The notes beneath the pieces were generated by a model that made no database searches, had not been told where the DNA came from, and saw nothing but the letters and a program-made list of their open reading frames with translations. From NCBI GenBank assembly GCA_913009835.1, contig CAJVXH010000002.1:1-55846 (forward strand): DNA of 55,846 nt. The letters run 5' to 3'. The DNA is from an uncultured bacterium. Its GTDB lineage: Bacteria > Electryoneota > Electryoneia > Electryoneales > Electryoneaceae. The position numbers were made by a program, and so were the translations under genes. Shown one piece after another: positions 39,401-48,333 of the stretch; the first letter of the stretch is position 1; each line of letters opens with the position of its first letter.

Positions 39401-40731
39401 ACTGGCTCAGCCCACTCCGGCAAATTCCACAGTTCACCTTGTCCGGAATAATCAGCAAATACGCTGAAGTCAACATCTTCGGAAGGACGAAACCGTCCAT
39501 TTCCGTTTAATTCCAAACCATACCAGTTAGTCGCCAGTGAGTCGAAACGTAGCTCCCACCTCTGATTGTCCCAGGAATACGCCATGACTATGTCACGAAA
39601 TGGTCCAACCGGAGATCCAAGTTCATCACCGGTTGCTACTGCGTTCAGATCCATTCGACCCGTTTTGAGATCAATGGTCATCTCACCGATGGTAGAGACA
39701 GTACCTTGGGGTTGATGCTCTTCCTTGAGATTGGCGAAGGTCTTCAGGTGATGCCCAATGTGAACGACCGGAATTTCTGTCGATCCTCTAAGGATGAGAC
39801 TGTCCAGATCGAGTGCTCCATGGACATCTGCGTCATCTCCTTCAAAGCGCACAGATCCATCGAATGTGGCGGTTTTATTCTCGAGCAGACCTGACAGGTT
39901 GACTTGATCGATATTCAGTCCCCCACTCTCATCGATCATTACCTTGGCGTCGGATAATCTCCAGTTGGCGTTGGCATCCCAGCCAGTGGTATCAATAGTG
40001 GCATCGGCGTGTAGTTCTAATGAGCCCTTTAAATCATATAGTGGTGAAGATTGGGGTAATTCAATATTTCCGATATCCAGTTTATCCATGTCAAGACGAA
40101 CTGACATTGATCCGTCATCCAGCGAACCTGATCCCCGGGCATTTATCTGTCGTAATGAATCGCCGGTAACGGATGCGCTTAGAGTCAAGTTTAATCGGTC
40201 ATCATCGGTTGAGTTTACCCATCCTTCAATGCCGCTAATGGAAATCCACCTGTCATCCGCTCCAGTTACGATAGAAAATGAACCATCCAGCATGATGAGG
40301 CGCTTAAGGTTGGAGAGTCTTCTGAGGTCAAAACCGGTTTCAGTAGAATCTTCCTCGTCCTTATACATCTCGATTTTGCGATCTGGAGTGAAGATAATTC
40401 TCGGTTCCTCGAGTGAAACACTTTCAACCACGCCCAGCAGATCTCCGGAATGCTGAATCAGTTTGCTTACAGCTACGCGAATGCTGATTCTGTCAATGGT
40501 TATATGGAGAGTTGAGTCGGGAGAATGGAAGGCAAATCTGTGGAGTATCAGGTTGTTTGGTTGCAAACTCGCACGACCGATCTCAAAATCTCCGTCGATT
40601 GGGGACAGTTCGGCGAGGATCCTGTCCCGGAGGACATTTGAACGGTTGAGGTAGCGGAAAGTAACCAGCCCCGCGAACGCGACGAACAGAAGGATCAGGC
40701 TCACGAGAATGATCCATGGACGACGTACCAT
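36460..40731 (-). CDS. tamB: Translocation and assembly module protein TamB (DUF490/AsmA-like)
   Basis: 1423 aa, single N-terminal TM anchor, long beta-rich body. Located immediately upstream of bamA. Confidence 0.8.
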   Translation of the reverse strand: MVRRPWIILVSLILLFVAFAGLVTFRYLNRSNVLRDRILAELSPIDGDFEIGRASLQPNNLILHRFAFHSPDSTLHITIDRISIRVAVSKLIQHSGDLLGVVESVSLEEPRIIFTPDRKIEMYKDEEDSTETGFDLRRLSNLKRLIMLDGSFSIVTGADDRWISISGIEGWVNSTDDDRLNLTLSASVTGDSLRQINARGSGSLDDGSMSVRLDMDKLDIGNIELPQSSPLYDLKGSLELHADATIDTTGWDANANWRLSDAKVMIDESGGLNIDQVNLSGLLENKTATFDGSVRFEGDDADVHGALDLDSLILRGSTEIPVVHIGHHLKTFANLKEEHQPQGTVSTIGEMTIDLKTGRMDLNAVATGDELGSPVGPFRDIVMAYSWDNQRWELRFDSLATNWYGLELNGNGRFRPSEDVDFSVFADYSGQGELWNLPEWAEPVTSKHAEGKVTINQYPDEGFVISSQAHVRDRSDPAFGEFKGRYSRYGYDASLDLFSMQKPDAHLNLRQLGDEPIRIETSQPQLVSGWWDEKYQAPDWINDLDIFVTANLDHDTLATLATIRNQATNISLKVAGESVFDSTSQISALAGYQLNYDDECVGNGSVDAVYEDGTLRLNQASFMDVLTVNGEIDFDAQMIQEMIMRIERMDLADLLPVSMESEFKQIGGIVSGRFNMSGPFNSPDIDSHFELSEGQYGELSDYWGLLTLNTERGKVNIQQGAFGRKSTTLFTLIGGYDIEEDSLGLNIESPSSDANVIMTTMTGQKDLLTGDANLRGFVHGSLSRPSWLAELDMNVGTLAGIEFEKIHARLHGVSSERLGHVVYVDTASLSRPDYYELTISGAVPLDRGAGELDISLEGDILGIFPQTSDFIIDASGRGLLDWSTTIVAGKPVAARGQLTVEHGRVEFADVFPEMTNLDVDITIDSDGLVNIRQAQGIFQNEYAFAVSNLPGEDSDSTRQAIRFRSPEIDLGVLKMRTLDDEGIPFRLPGINTTEQYSRLAVSGKHDDWLTIAGPADSLFIDGQLRLLSSVFTYPPIVEENQVDILSAILPREALFLGENNTSTVTETPAFINNARWDVQASIGNDVKYERIVKGLENAPFLETFSEFLGQIELDVDLEPTDPDFPINVTGVIADSTFRMNGTIVSSTGRIEFLDMLFSMDRAEIVFDQTSVYPVVSARAVANVAKQDFTRQMYLTLYVIDPVTGERRQRGRWGEITFVLEDEAGSSQEEVLSAMGVGISDLQGLQNRVITSGAGGLDRAMARRWLGPVERDAAEFLGLDIVQFRPQLATNLVGPKPTDIFYNTTEEDQRTAANTGSRNLFRASRVVLGKFMDRNTYISYTGQFGEEARYASVEDIQLGRLGLLQKWNLEYRIQPISPNFVIEFGWEYESVEDQNNRSARMKYSVVFDIMQLDARQLWRQAFYN

Positions 40732-40736
40732 GGACT

Positions 40737-41435
40737 TCAGCCTTTCGGCTTGAAGAACACATCATCCGGGTCGAATGCTGCTGCGATCTGCCGGTGCAGC
40801 CCGGAGAATTCCTTTGGCAGTGTACTTGGTGGAAATGAAACTCGTTCCACCGGTGCTGAAGAATCGGGTTTCAATCTCAGAACAACTCTATCCAACCAGG
40901 CAATCGCACCACGGCTGCCCAGCAACACGCTGCTGGCGTCAAAGCCGCTCACATCCTTGCGAATTGCTCCGCCCAGACTCAGAATACGCCCTGTTCCATC
41001 AACGAAAGTACTTCCGAGCAGCATACCTCGGTATTCGGTGCCACGTGACCCGCAAAGCAGTCCACCAACAGTACCTGGGTAGTCCTCAGGCCAACGTTCG
41101 AGGATCAAGCCAGCCTGTTCGACGACTTCTCTGACAACGTCAACCGACATCCCCGTCTCCATCTCAATTGCGAGATCAGCGGGGTTGGCCTCGGTCATTC
41201 TATTGCGTTTCAAGGTAAGGACGGTTAATACGCCATCAGGTACGTGATGATCTTCTGAAAATGTGTGCCCGCGTCCTGCGATAAGCATGCGCCAAGAGTT
41301 AACACGGCACCAGTTGACAACCTTAACGACATTTTCGATGGAGTCTGGTACTACGGTAGGAAACTCCACATCCGGCAACACGATTGAGCCGAGTTCCTTT
41401 TGCAGATTCTCGATAATTCCAGAGGTAGGACTCAT
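40737..41435 (-). CDS. Short FAD-binding (PCMH-type, GlcE-like) oxidoreductase-like protein
   Basis: FAD_binding_4-like N-terminus (VVKVVNWCRVNSWRMLIAGRGHTF) and C-terminal FDPDDVFFKPKG, typical of FAD-linked oxidase ends. Unusually short. ATGA overlap with the uppS stop when started at MSPTS. Confidence 0.5.
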   Translation of the reverse strand: MSPTSGIIENLQKELGSIVLPDVEFPTVVPDSIENVVKVVNWCRVNSWRMLIAGRGHTFSEDHHVPDGVLTVLTLKRNRMTEANPADLAIEMETGMSVDVVREVVEQAGLILERWPEDYPGTVGGLLCGSRGTEYRGMLLGSTFVDGTGRILSLGGAIRKDVSGFDASSVLLGSRGAIAWLDRVVLRLKPDSSAPVERVSFPPSTLPKEFSGLHRQIAAAFDPDDVFFKPKG

Positions 41436-42256
41436 GATTCCACCAGCTGCTCGCTGGTGCATCCAAACCGACGTTCTCTATGCTGATAGTCGGAAATCGC
41501 TTCCAATAGCTGGCGTCGGCGAAAATCTGGCCAATAAGTCGGAGTGATATACAGTTCGGAATAGGCTAGCTGCCAGATCAGGAAGTTACTGATTCGATTC
41601 TCGCCGGAAGTTCTGATAAGCAAATCTGGGTCAGGCAAATCCCTGGTGTCGAGTTCGGCGGCGAGATTCTGCTCATTTATATCTTTCACACCCTTCGCCA
41701 GCAATCTATTGACACCACGAACGATGTCCTGACGTCCTGAATAGCTGATAGCGAGAGTGAGGATGAGCCCATCGTTATGTGACAATTTTTCTATCGCAGC
41801 TTCGAGCTCACGATGAGGAAAATCGGGGAGATCCTCGAGACAACCGATTGTTCTCAAGGTGACGTTGTTGGAATCAAGATCCTTGACTTCCTTGCGGATA
41901 GTGGAGACTAGTAGCTGCATCAAAGCCGATACTTCCACTTTCGGGCGTTTCCAATTTTCCTTGGAGAAGGTGAAAAAGGTCATTGCTTCTACGCCCAGTT
42001 CTACCCCAGCTTCCACCATTTCACGAACTGATCTAACCCCTTCCCGGTGTCCCAGCAGGCGAGCCATACCACGTTTTTTAGCCCAGCGACCATTTCCATC
42101 CATGATGAAAGCGATATGACACGGCATTTTCTCAGAATGAGACAGCACTTCTTGAGTCAGCCGTTCGTCGCTTATCATGTCTGAACCAGCCTGGCTACTA
42201 TGGGGTATTTGTTGCGACATATTGTCCGAACTCTTCCGGCATGGGTACGCCTTCAT
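41432..42256 (-). CDS. uppS: Undecaprenyl-diphosphate synthase (cis-isoprenyl transferase)
   Basis: HIAFIMDGNGRWAKKRG, ENWKRP, IRTSGENRISNFLIWQLAYSELY. The true start may be an internal Met (42220 or 42178). Confidence 0.92.
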   Translation of the reverse strand: MKAYPCRKSSDNMSQQIPHSSQAGSDMISDERLTQEVLSHSEKMPCHIAFIMDGNGRWAKKRGMARLLGHREGVRSVREMVEAGVELGVEAMTFFTFSKENWKRPKVEVSALMQLLVSTIRKEVKDLDSNNVTLRTIGCLEDLPDFPHRELEAAIEKLSHNDGLILTLAISYSGRQDIVRGVNRLLAKGVKDINEQNLAAELDTRDLPDPDLLIRTSGENRISNFLIWQLAYSELYITPTYWPDFRRRQLLEAISDYQHRERRFGCTSEQLVES

Positions 42257-42275
42257 CTTACTTCAATGCACGTAA

Positions 42276-42308
42276 CAGCGAGACGAACGAAATTGCCCCG
42301 TCTCGCTG
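42276..42308 (-). terminator. Strong hairpin between the TPR gene and uppS (possible terminator/attenuator)
   Basis: Perfect 10-bp stem CAGCGAGACG/CGTCTCGCTG with a 13-nt loop. The downstream tract on the minus strand (UUACGUGC) is only weakly U-rich. Confidence 0.4.
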
Positions 42309-42333
42309 CTATGCAACTGTAAATCAGGAATTC

Positions 42334-43431
42334 TTATCTTCCCTGCTCTTGCAATCTCACAAGAATCCTGGCAAGGATATCAGCTTTGTTATCCATGCCC
42401 AGGTTCAAGTAAGCTGCTCTCAAGAGCATATAGGGGTCCATCTGATCCGAAACGACTACGTCATCAGCAACAGATCCACCGGGGAACAACCAGGGTTCGA
42501 GAACGTCAACGATGGATTGATACTGTTCGCCTCCCAGCATGGCTCGGGCAGCGTTTATTCTCGCCTCATTGTCATCCGGGTTCAGCTCAATCGACTTGCG
42601 ATACGCTACGGCTGCCTCCGCGAAACGTTCAGCAGAGTGGAGCAGCAACGCCTTGTTGAAATAGAAGTCGGCATTGTTCGGATCACTGGCAATGGCATCT
42701 GTCCAGGTCGCGATCGCATCATCGGTGCGATTCAGCTGTTGTAAAGAGAGCGCTTTCTTCTGAATAGTGTCGCTCTTGAGCGCGTTAGTCTCTTCGTCCA
42801 GCTCGCCATTGTAGGCATCCATCGCCAGCATCTCATCAGCAATCTTGATGACCTTGTCATAATCTTCCTGCTGCCAATAGAGCAGGAGCAGGTTACGCCG
42901 TGTGGATAAATCCTGTGCATCCTCTTCCGCCGCGATGGCGGCCAGCAGATGTTCTTCCGCGAGTCCAAATTGCCCTATCTGGAGATAAGATGTGCCCAGG
43001 CGCTTGTGTGTTTCCATGTCGTTCGGTTTGATCACCAGCGCAGTTTGCAGGATTTCGATAACCGCTTCGTAATCACCATCATTAAATGGTGTTACTGCCG
43101 CATTAAACTTCATGCGCCAGTTTTCGTAGCGGGTGACTTTGATGTCGTCGCTGTACTTGGAGGTCAGTTCATTTGCCTTGTTGAAAGCGGCATCCATCTC
43201 GGCCCATTCATCCAACTCAGCGTATACCTTGCCCAGGATATACCACAGTTCCGGATCTTCAGGACTGTACTTTGCTCCCTCCAACAGTACTTCCTTGGCG
43301 TTCTCAGGATCATCCTGCTGCATGTAGATTTTGGCAGAACGCACTGAAGTGCTCTGACAGCCGACCATGGTCACAGCCAGCAGAACGATGAACGTGACAG
43401 AAATCGCAAAACGACCCCATTGAATACGCAT
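42334..43431 (-). CDS. TPR-repeat lipoprotein
   Basis: Signal peptide with lipobox TMVGCQS and multiple TPR-like repeats. A BamD-like role is possible but unsupported. Confidence 0.75.
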   Translation of the reverse strand: MRIQWGRFAISVTFIVLLAVTMVGCQSTSVRSAKIYMQQDDPENAKEVLLEGAKYSPEDPELWYILGKVYAELDEWAEMDAAFNKANELTSKYSDDIKVTRYENWRMKFNAAVTPFNDGDYEAVIEILQTALVIKPNDMETHKRLGTSYLQIGQFGLAEEHLLAAIAAEEDAQDLSTRRNLLLLYWQQEDYDKVIKIADEMLAMDAYNGELDEETNALKSDTIQKKALSLQQLNRTDDAIATWTDAIASDPNNADFYFNKALLLHSAERFAEAAVAYRKSIELNPDDNEARINAARAMLGGEQYQSIVDVLEPWLFPGGSVADDVVVSDQMDPYMLLRAAYLNLGMDNKADILARILVRLQEQGR

Positions 43432-43529
43432 GATCCCCTCTCCACTTTTGCCGTTTTCAAAGACGGCTACACTTACGTTGTCAACAGTATCTTAAGATAA
43501 GCGAATATATCCGGCTTGATGAAAACCTG

Positions 43530-44540
43530 TCAAGGCCTCCGCACCGGGAACTCGCATGGGGGGATAAAGATCCCATCCTCGCGAATGAACGCATTTATCA
43601 GCTCCACAGGTGTAACATCGAATGCCGGATTGTACGCTTTTACTCCGGGCAGACTGATCTGCGAGCCTCTATAATTTCGAACTTCGTCGGCGTCTCGTTC
43701 TTCAATCGGGATGGATGTTCCGTCCGGCGCGTTCAGGTCAAATGTTGAACTCGGTGCGGCTACATAAAATGGGATCCCGAATCTTTTCGCCAGCACCGCC
43801 AGCTGAAAAGTACCGATCTTATTCGCTGTATCACCATTCGCAGCTATACGATCCGCCCCCAGCAACACCAGATCCACTCGGCCTGCCTGCATCAATGATC
43901 CAACCGCGCCATCGCAGAGCAAGGTACCCGGGATGTCCAGCTTGTCCAGCTCCCACATGGTCAATCGTGCGCCCTGACCCAACGGTCTGGCCTCGCAGGC
44001 ATACACATGCTTCAACTTTCCTGCTTCATGCGCCCGGCGTACGACACCCAGCGCTGTCCCGATTCCATACGAGACCAAGGCTCCGGTGTTACAATGAGTC
44101 AGTACACTCGCTCCGTCCGGAATGAGCTCGAGACCATGCTCCACCATCTGGTCACACATCCGGGCGTCTTCATTCGCAATCGCAGTCGCTTCTTCGACGA
44201 GTCTGCGAAGCACCTCTTCATCTTCGCCAATATCCCTGATCCGATCACGTAGACGGTTCACTGCCCAGGCGAGGTTTACAGCTGTGGGACGCGCGTGTTC
44301 GATTGCCTCAACAGCCTGCTCAAACTCAATTTTGTCAGCACTGCAGCGTTTAGCCAGGACCACCGAGCATGCGCCTGCAACACCTATCGCGGGGGCGCCA
44401 CGGATTGCCAGACGTTTGATCGCGTCTACCACCACGCGCCAATCCTTGGTGCGAATCCACTTCTCTTCATGTGGCAACAGGGTTTGCTCGATGAATTCGA
44501 AATCTTCACCATCCCAACGCAAACCGCGCGGGTCATCCAT
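43530..44540 (-). CDS. mtnA: S-methyl-5-thioribose-1-phosphate isomerase (eIF-2B alpha/beta/delta family)
   Basis: AIRGAPAIGVAGA, THCNTGAL, CEARPLGQGARLT, GADRIAANGDTANKIGT. Confidence 0.88.
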   Translation of the reverse strand: MDDPRGLRWDGEDFEFIEQTLLPHEEKWIRTKDWRVVVDAIKRLAIRGAPAIGVAGACSVVLAKRCSADKIEFEQAVEAIEHARPTAVNLAWAVNRLRDRIRDIGEDEEVLRRLVEEATAIANEDARMCDQMVEHGLELIPDGASVLTHCNTGALVSYGIGTALGVVRRAHEAGKLKHVYACEARPLGQGARLTMWELDKLDIPGTLLCDGAVGSLMQAGRVDLVLLGADRIAANGDTANKIGTFQLAVLAKRFGIPFYVAAPSSTFDLNAPDGTSIPIEERDADEVRNYRGSQISLPGVKAYNPAFDVTPVELINAFIREDGIFIPPCEFPVRRP

Positions 44541-44541
44541 C

Positions 44542-45459
44542 TCAGAACCTTGTCATCGATCGAAGCTCATCCACACGGACTTCTAACTCATCCATATTCA
44601 CATTTTTCAAACGATCCAGCGAAAAATCCTCTACCGATGCTGATGCTACTGCCGTTCCGTAAATGATAGCTTGACGCCAGACATTGTCATCGGCGAGGTC
44701 ATGATTAGCCAGATATCCTATAAAACCACCTGCAAAAGTATCGCCTGCGCCGGTGGGATCTTTCACATTGCGAACAGGATAGGCCGGTGCAAAAAATGGC
44801 GGCATACCTTCACGGAAGAGAATTGCGCCGTGCTGCCCCTTCTTCACTACGACAGCCTGTAAATCCATGTCAAGCAACGCATCCGCGGCTTCGAACAAGT
44901 TTATCTTTCCAGTGAGCTCGGTCGCTTCCTCATCGTTGACCAGCAACGCATCAACCCGTGATATGACTTCCTTGAGACGGTCTGGAGTACCGCTGATCCA
45001 GAAATTCATGGTGTCCAGGATTACCAGCTCGGGCTTGCTGATCTGGTCGAGCACGCTGATCTGTAAATCGGGATGAATGTTGCCGAGGAATACGATTGGC
45101 GTATCACGAAAATGGCCCGGAATCTTCGGCTGAAAATTTTCGAAGACACCCAGTTTTGTGAAAAGGGTCTCGCGCTTGTTCGGATCATCAAAATATTTTC
45201 CACCCCAGCGGAAGGTCTCGCCAGGTTCAACCATCAGCCCGGACAGATCAACATCACGATCATTCAGGAAATCAATCAACTTGCGAGGGAAATCTGCGCC
45301 GATCACCGCCACCATTCGCACCGGGGTGAAAAGGCTTGCTGCCGTCGAGAAATAGAAGCAAGATCCGCCCAGTGCGTCATCCACCGAACCGACCGGCGTG
45401 TGAATAGTGTCCAGGGCCGCCGAACCGACGACGAGAACTGGTTTTGTCTGAGTAGCCAT
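44542..45459 (-). CDS. PfkB-family sugar/nucleoside kinase, adjacent to mtnA
   Basis: DPTGAGDTFAGGF signature and a ribokinase-like fold. Its stop lies 1 nt before the mtnA start. Confidence 0.8.
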   Translation of the reverse strand: MATQTKPVLVVGSAALDTIHTPVGSVDDALGGSCFYFSTAASLFTPVRMVAVIGADFPRKLIDFLNDRDVDLSGLMVEPGETFRWGGKYFDDPNKRETLFTKLGVFENFQPKIPGHFRDTPIVFLGNIHPDLQISVLDQISKPELVILDTMNFWISGTPDRLKEVISRVDALLVNDEEATELTGKINLFEAADALLDMDLQAVVVKKGQHGAILFREGMPPFFAPAYPVRNVKDPTGAGDTFAGGFIGYLANHDLADDNVWRQAIIYGTAVASASVEDFSLDRLKNVNMDELEVRVDELRSMTRF

Positions 45460-45580
45460 GTTGTTTTCCTACACAGTGTACTGACCAACCTCGCCTTGGC
45501 GTAGTAAGTCATTTTGAAGCCGTTGTCTGTTTGACGGCTGAAAAAGATCGAACTTATCAAACTGTTGGAATAGCTGGACC

Positions 45581-45615
45581 TTCCTCACTGCGCTTCGCTT
45601 CGTTCGGAATGACAC
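45581..45615 (-). repeat. Diverged hairpin (H) repeat module
   Basis: Reverse complement GTCATTCCGAACGAAGCGAAGCGCAGTGAGGAA parallels GTCATCCTGAACGAACGTGAAGGATC, with stem ATTCC..GGAA(G) in place of ATCCT..AGGAT. Confidence 0.6.
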
Positions 45616-45660
45616 ACGTTGCATACTGTCGTAACCATCGACTTTAGCAACAGTTTGTTC

Positions 45661-47289
45661 CTACATACGTTCCGGGGCTTCTACACCGAGTAGATGCAGC
45701 CCCTCTTTCAACACGATACCAGTTGCCAGCACTAGTGCAGCCCGCGCGTTTGAAACGGCTTCGTCTTCACCGATAACCCGGCAGGCACCGTAGAATTTGT
45801 GAAGTCGATTGGCAATTTCCTCGAGATATCCGACTAGACGTTGCGGTTCATGCGCCTCTGCTGAACGGGCTATAGTCTCGGAAAATTGCTCGAGAATCTT
45901 AATAAGCTCAAGCTCCTCGGGAGCAGTCAGAGGAGAGAGTTCAGTGTTCAGATCCGGTTTGGGTGCACCTTCCTGACGCAGGATACCACGGGTTCTGGTG
46001 TGAGCGTATTGCACGTAATAAACGGGGTTTTGATCGCTCTGTTCGAGTGCAAGATCAAGGTCAAAATCCAGGGGTGTGGAGGTCTTGCGCTGGAGGAAGA
46101 AATAGCGTGTAACATCCACGCCCACCTCATCCAGCAACTCGCTTAGGGTGACCATCTGCCCGGCTCGTTTCGACATCTTGACCCGTTCGCCATCCCTCAG
46201 CAGATGAACCTGCTGAACGATCAGGACGCTGAGAAAATCCTCATGCCCAAGCGCTTTCAGCGCGGCCTGCATCCGATTCACATAATCGTGGTGATCAGGC
46301 CCGAGCAGATCAATGGCAATGTCACAGCGATCGGCCTTGTTCAGATGATAGGCGATGTCGGGCAACAGATATGTCGGCCGACCTTCGCTGGTAATGATAA
46401 CCCGGTCTTCTTCATCACCGAACTCAGACCCTTTGAACCAGACCGCATCGTCTTTTTCGTAGACAGCGTTCAATTCACGGAGTCTATCCAGCGCCTTCTG
46501 CGGATCGCCACCATCATGCAGCTCAGATTCCTTGAACCAGCGGTCAAAGTGTACTCTGTACCTCGATAAAGTCTCGCTTTGTTCAACAGTAATCAGCCCA
46601 GCCGCAAGTTTCCCCAGCCCCTCTAGACTTGGGTCAGGCAATTTACCTGCTAGATGTTGAGCGAGGTCTTCCATCTCAACATAAAGACGGACAGTATCAA
46701 GCGCTTTTGCGATATCCTTCACATATTCGCCATGATAGCCGTCATCGGGCACTTCCTCTCCCTTTGCCCTGGCAATTATCGACTCACCGAGCCTTCTTAT
46801 CTGACGTCCAGCATCATTCACGTAGAACTCTGCCATGGCATCATAACCAGCCTTGCGCATCACCCGAACGAGGCTGTCACCAATAGCCGCAGCCCTGGCG
46901 CTGACGATGTTCAATGGTCCGGTGGGGTTTGCGCTGACGAACTCGACGATGACCCGCTGACCATTACCCGTGCTGGAGCTGCCGTATTCTGAACCTCGCT
47001 CGAGAATCTGGCGAACAACGCCGTGGTAGTATCCGGGGCCGATCCAGACATTCACAAACCCCGGCCCGGCAACTTCGAGCTTCTCCAGGCCAAATGCTTC
47101 CGGGTCGATAATATCAACCAACTCCTGGGCAAACTCACGAGGATTCCTGCCCAGTCGTTTTGAGGCAATCATGGCAGCGTTGGTCGATAGGTCGCCTTGT
47201 TCAGAACGTTTCGGCACCGACCATATTACGGGAATATCAGAGCCTAGAATGGGCTGCAGGACGTCGGTCAGCCGTTCCTTAAGATTCAT
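45661..47289 (-). CDS. argS: Arginyl-tRNA synthetase
   Basis: 542 aa with SANPTGPLNIVSARAAAIGD (HIGH-region equivalent), VKMSKRAGQ, and a DALR anticodon-binding C-terminus ending in M. Confidence 0.94.
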   Translation of the reverse strand: MNLKERLTDVLQPILGSDIPVIWSVPKRSEQGDLSTNAAMIASKRLGRNPREFAQELVDIIDPEAFGLEKLEVAGPGFVNVWIGPGYYHGVVRQILERGSEYGSSSTGNGQRVIVEFVSANPTGPLNIVSARAAAIGDSLVRVMRKAGYDAMAEFYVNDAGRQIRRLGESIIARAKGEEVPDDGYHGEYVKDIAKALDTVRLYVEMEDLAQHLAGKLPDPSLEGLGKLAAGLITVEQSETLSRYRVHFDRWFKESELHDGGDPQKALDRLRELNAVYEKDDAVWFKGSEFGDEEDRVIITSEGRPTYLLPDIAYHLNKADRCDIAIDLLGPDHHDYVNRMQAALKALGHEDFLSVLIVQQVHLLRDGERVKMSKRAGQMVTLSELLDEVGVDVTRYFFLQRKTSTPLDFDLDLALEQSDQNPVYYVQYAHTRTRGILRQEGAPKPDLNTELSPLTAPEELELIKILEQFSETIARSAEAHEPQRLVGYLEEIANRLHKFYGACRVIGEDEAVSNARAALVLATGIVLKEGLHLLGVEAPERM

Positions 47290-47330
47290 GATCGTCTCGG
47301 TCTACTGTGGGATAGGGATTAGAGTTCAGT

Positions 47331-47687
47331 CTACTCCGGATCCTGAACTCGCTCCGTGGGAGCATCTCCCCAGAGTTGTTCCAACCGGTAGTAATCGCGT
47401 GCTTCCTTCTGAAACACGTGCAACACCACGTCTCCTAAATCCATCAGCACCCAGGATAGGTGAGTCCGTCCTTCAACACTAATGGGACGGATGGACTCTT
47501 CCTCTTTGCGTAGAGATCTTTCGACGTGATCGACAATAGCGCGAGTGTGCACATCAACGCTCCCCGTGGCGATGACAAAGAAGTCCGCCAGGGTAGTCAG
47601 CTTTCGCAGATCGAGGATTAAGATATCCTCAGCCTGCTTTGCCAGTGCCATTTCCGCAATCTTGCGGGCGAGTTGTTGGGAATCCAA
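47331..47687 (-). CDS. rsfS: Ribosome silencing factor RsfS
   Basis: 118 aa. ILILDLRKLTTLADFFVIATGSVDVHTRAI and YYRLEQLWGDAP are typical of RsfS/IojAP. Confidence 0.9.
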   Translation of the reverse strand: MDSQQLARKIAEMALAKQAEDILILDLRKLTTLADFFVIATGSVDVHTRAIVDHVERSLRKEEESIRPISVEGRTHLSWVLMDLGDVVLHVFQKEARDYYRLEQLWGDAPTERVQDPE

Positions 47688-47689
47688 TG

Positions 47690-48274
47690 TCAGGGCTGGA
47701 GGTTAAGTGATTGATGGTCACTGCCAAGGATCAGCGTCAAGTCAACATCCACAAGTTGGGGGTTCGGTTCATCAGTCACATGCGTAGAATCGATCCCGAG
47801 GGTAGCGGCCAGGCGTAATCCGACGCCCGGTATGGTATTTCTGTCGATAATCCAGCTCTCTTCGTAGTTGTGATTGGGCGCGTTACGTGTATCTCGCACG
47901 TCATAACCCTGGTCACGCAGGACTGTCGCGTATTGTCCCGCAAGCCCGGTGAGCCCGCATCCGTTTAGAATTTCTACACGTACTGGACGTGTCGGGATGG
48001 CTTCCGGTGGCATGGATTCGCTGTTCAGGACAGCATCCTCGACGAACCCTAGTTCAACATCAGCCGCATCCTCATCAGAGTCGACCATTGTGGTTTCCTG
48101 GGTTGCTTCCCCTTCGGATGATCCGAACTTGAAGCTGCCATCATCGAATAACTCGAATCCGAACAACACGAGCAACAAAACGAGCTGCGCCACGACCAAC
48201 CAGGTCAAGGTGCTTACCCGCTTTTCCAAGTCTCTCGTCGTCCGCTTGTTTGAACTCGCCGGTATGCGATTCAT
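47690..48274 (-). CDS. LytR_C-domain membrane protein
   Basis: N-terminal TM helix. C-terminal VRVEILNGCGLTGLAGQYATVLRDQGYDV matches the LytR/CpsA/Psr C-terminal domain. Confidence 0.75.
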   Translation of the reverse strand: MNRIPASSNKRTTRDLEKRVSTLTWLVVAQLVLLLVLFGFELFDDGSFKFGSSEGEATQETTMVDSDEDAADVELGFVEDAVLNSESMPPEAIPTRPVRVEILNGCGLTGLAGQYATVLRDQGYDVRDTRNAPNHNYEESWIIDRNTIPGVGLRLAATLGIDSTHVTDEPNPQLVDVDLTLILGSDHQSLNLQP

Positions 48275-48333
48275 CCGCGTCCGGCCCTCCCCTCAGCCAA
48301 ACCAATTAGCAAATCTATCCAACGACTATCCGA

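Noticed and set aside
43530-44540. Ribose-1,5-bisphosphate isomerase of a RuBisCO-linked pentose-bisphosphate pathway, with the PfkB kinase as ribose-1-P kinase and deoB nearby
   Set aside because: The motif set (THCNTG, GADRIAANGD) looks like bacterial MtnA, as far as I can recall, and no RuBisCO or AMP phosphorylase gene is in the window. This is kept only as an alternative in the mtnA/PfkB finding.
45518-45539. Hairpin AGCCGT..ACGGCT downstream of argS as an intrinsic terminator
   Set aside because: The stem is only 6 bp and the minus-strand downstream tract (UCAAAAUG) is not U-rich, which is too weak to call.
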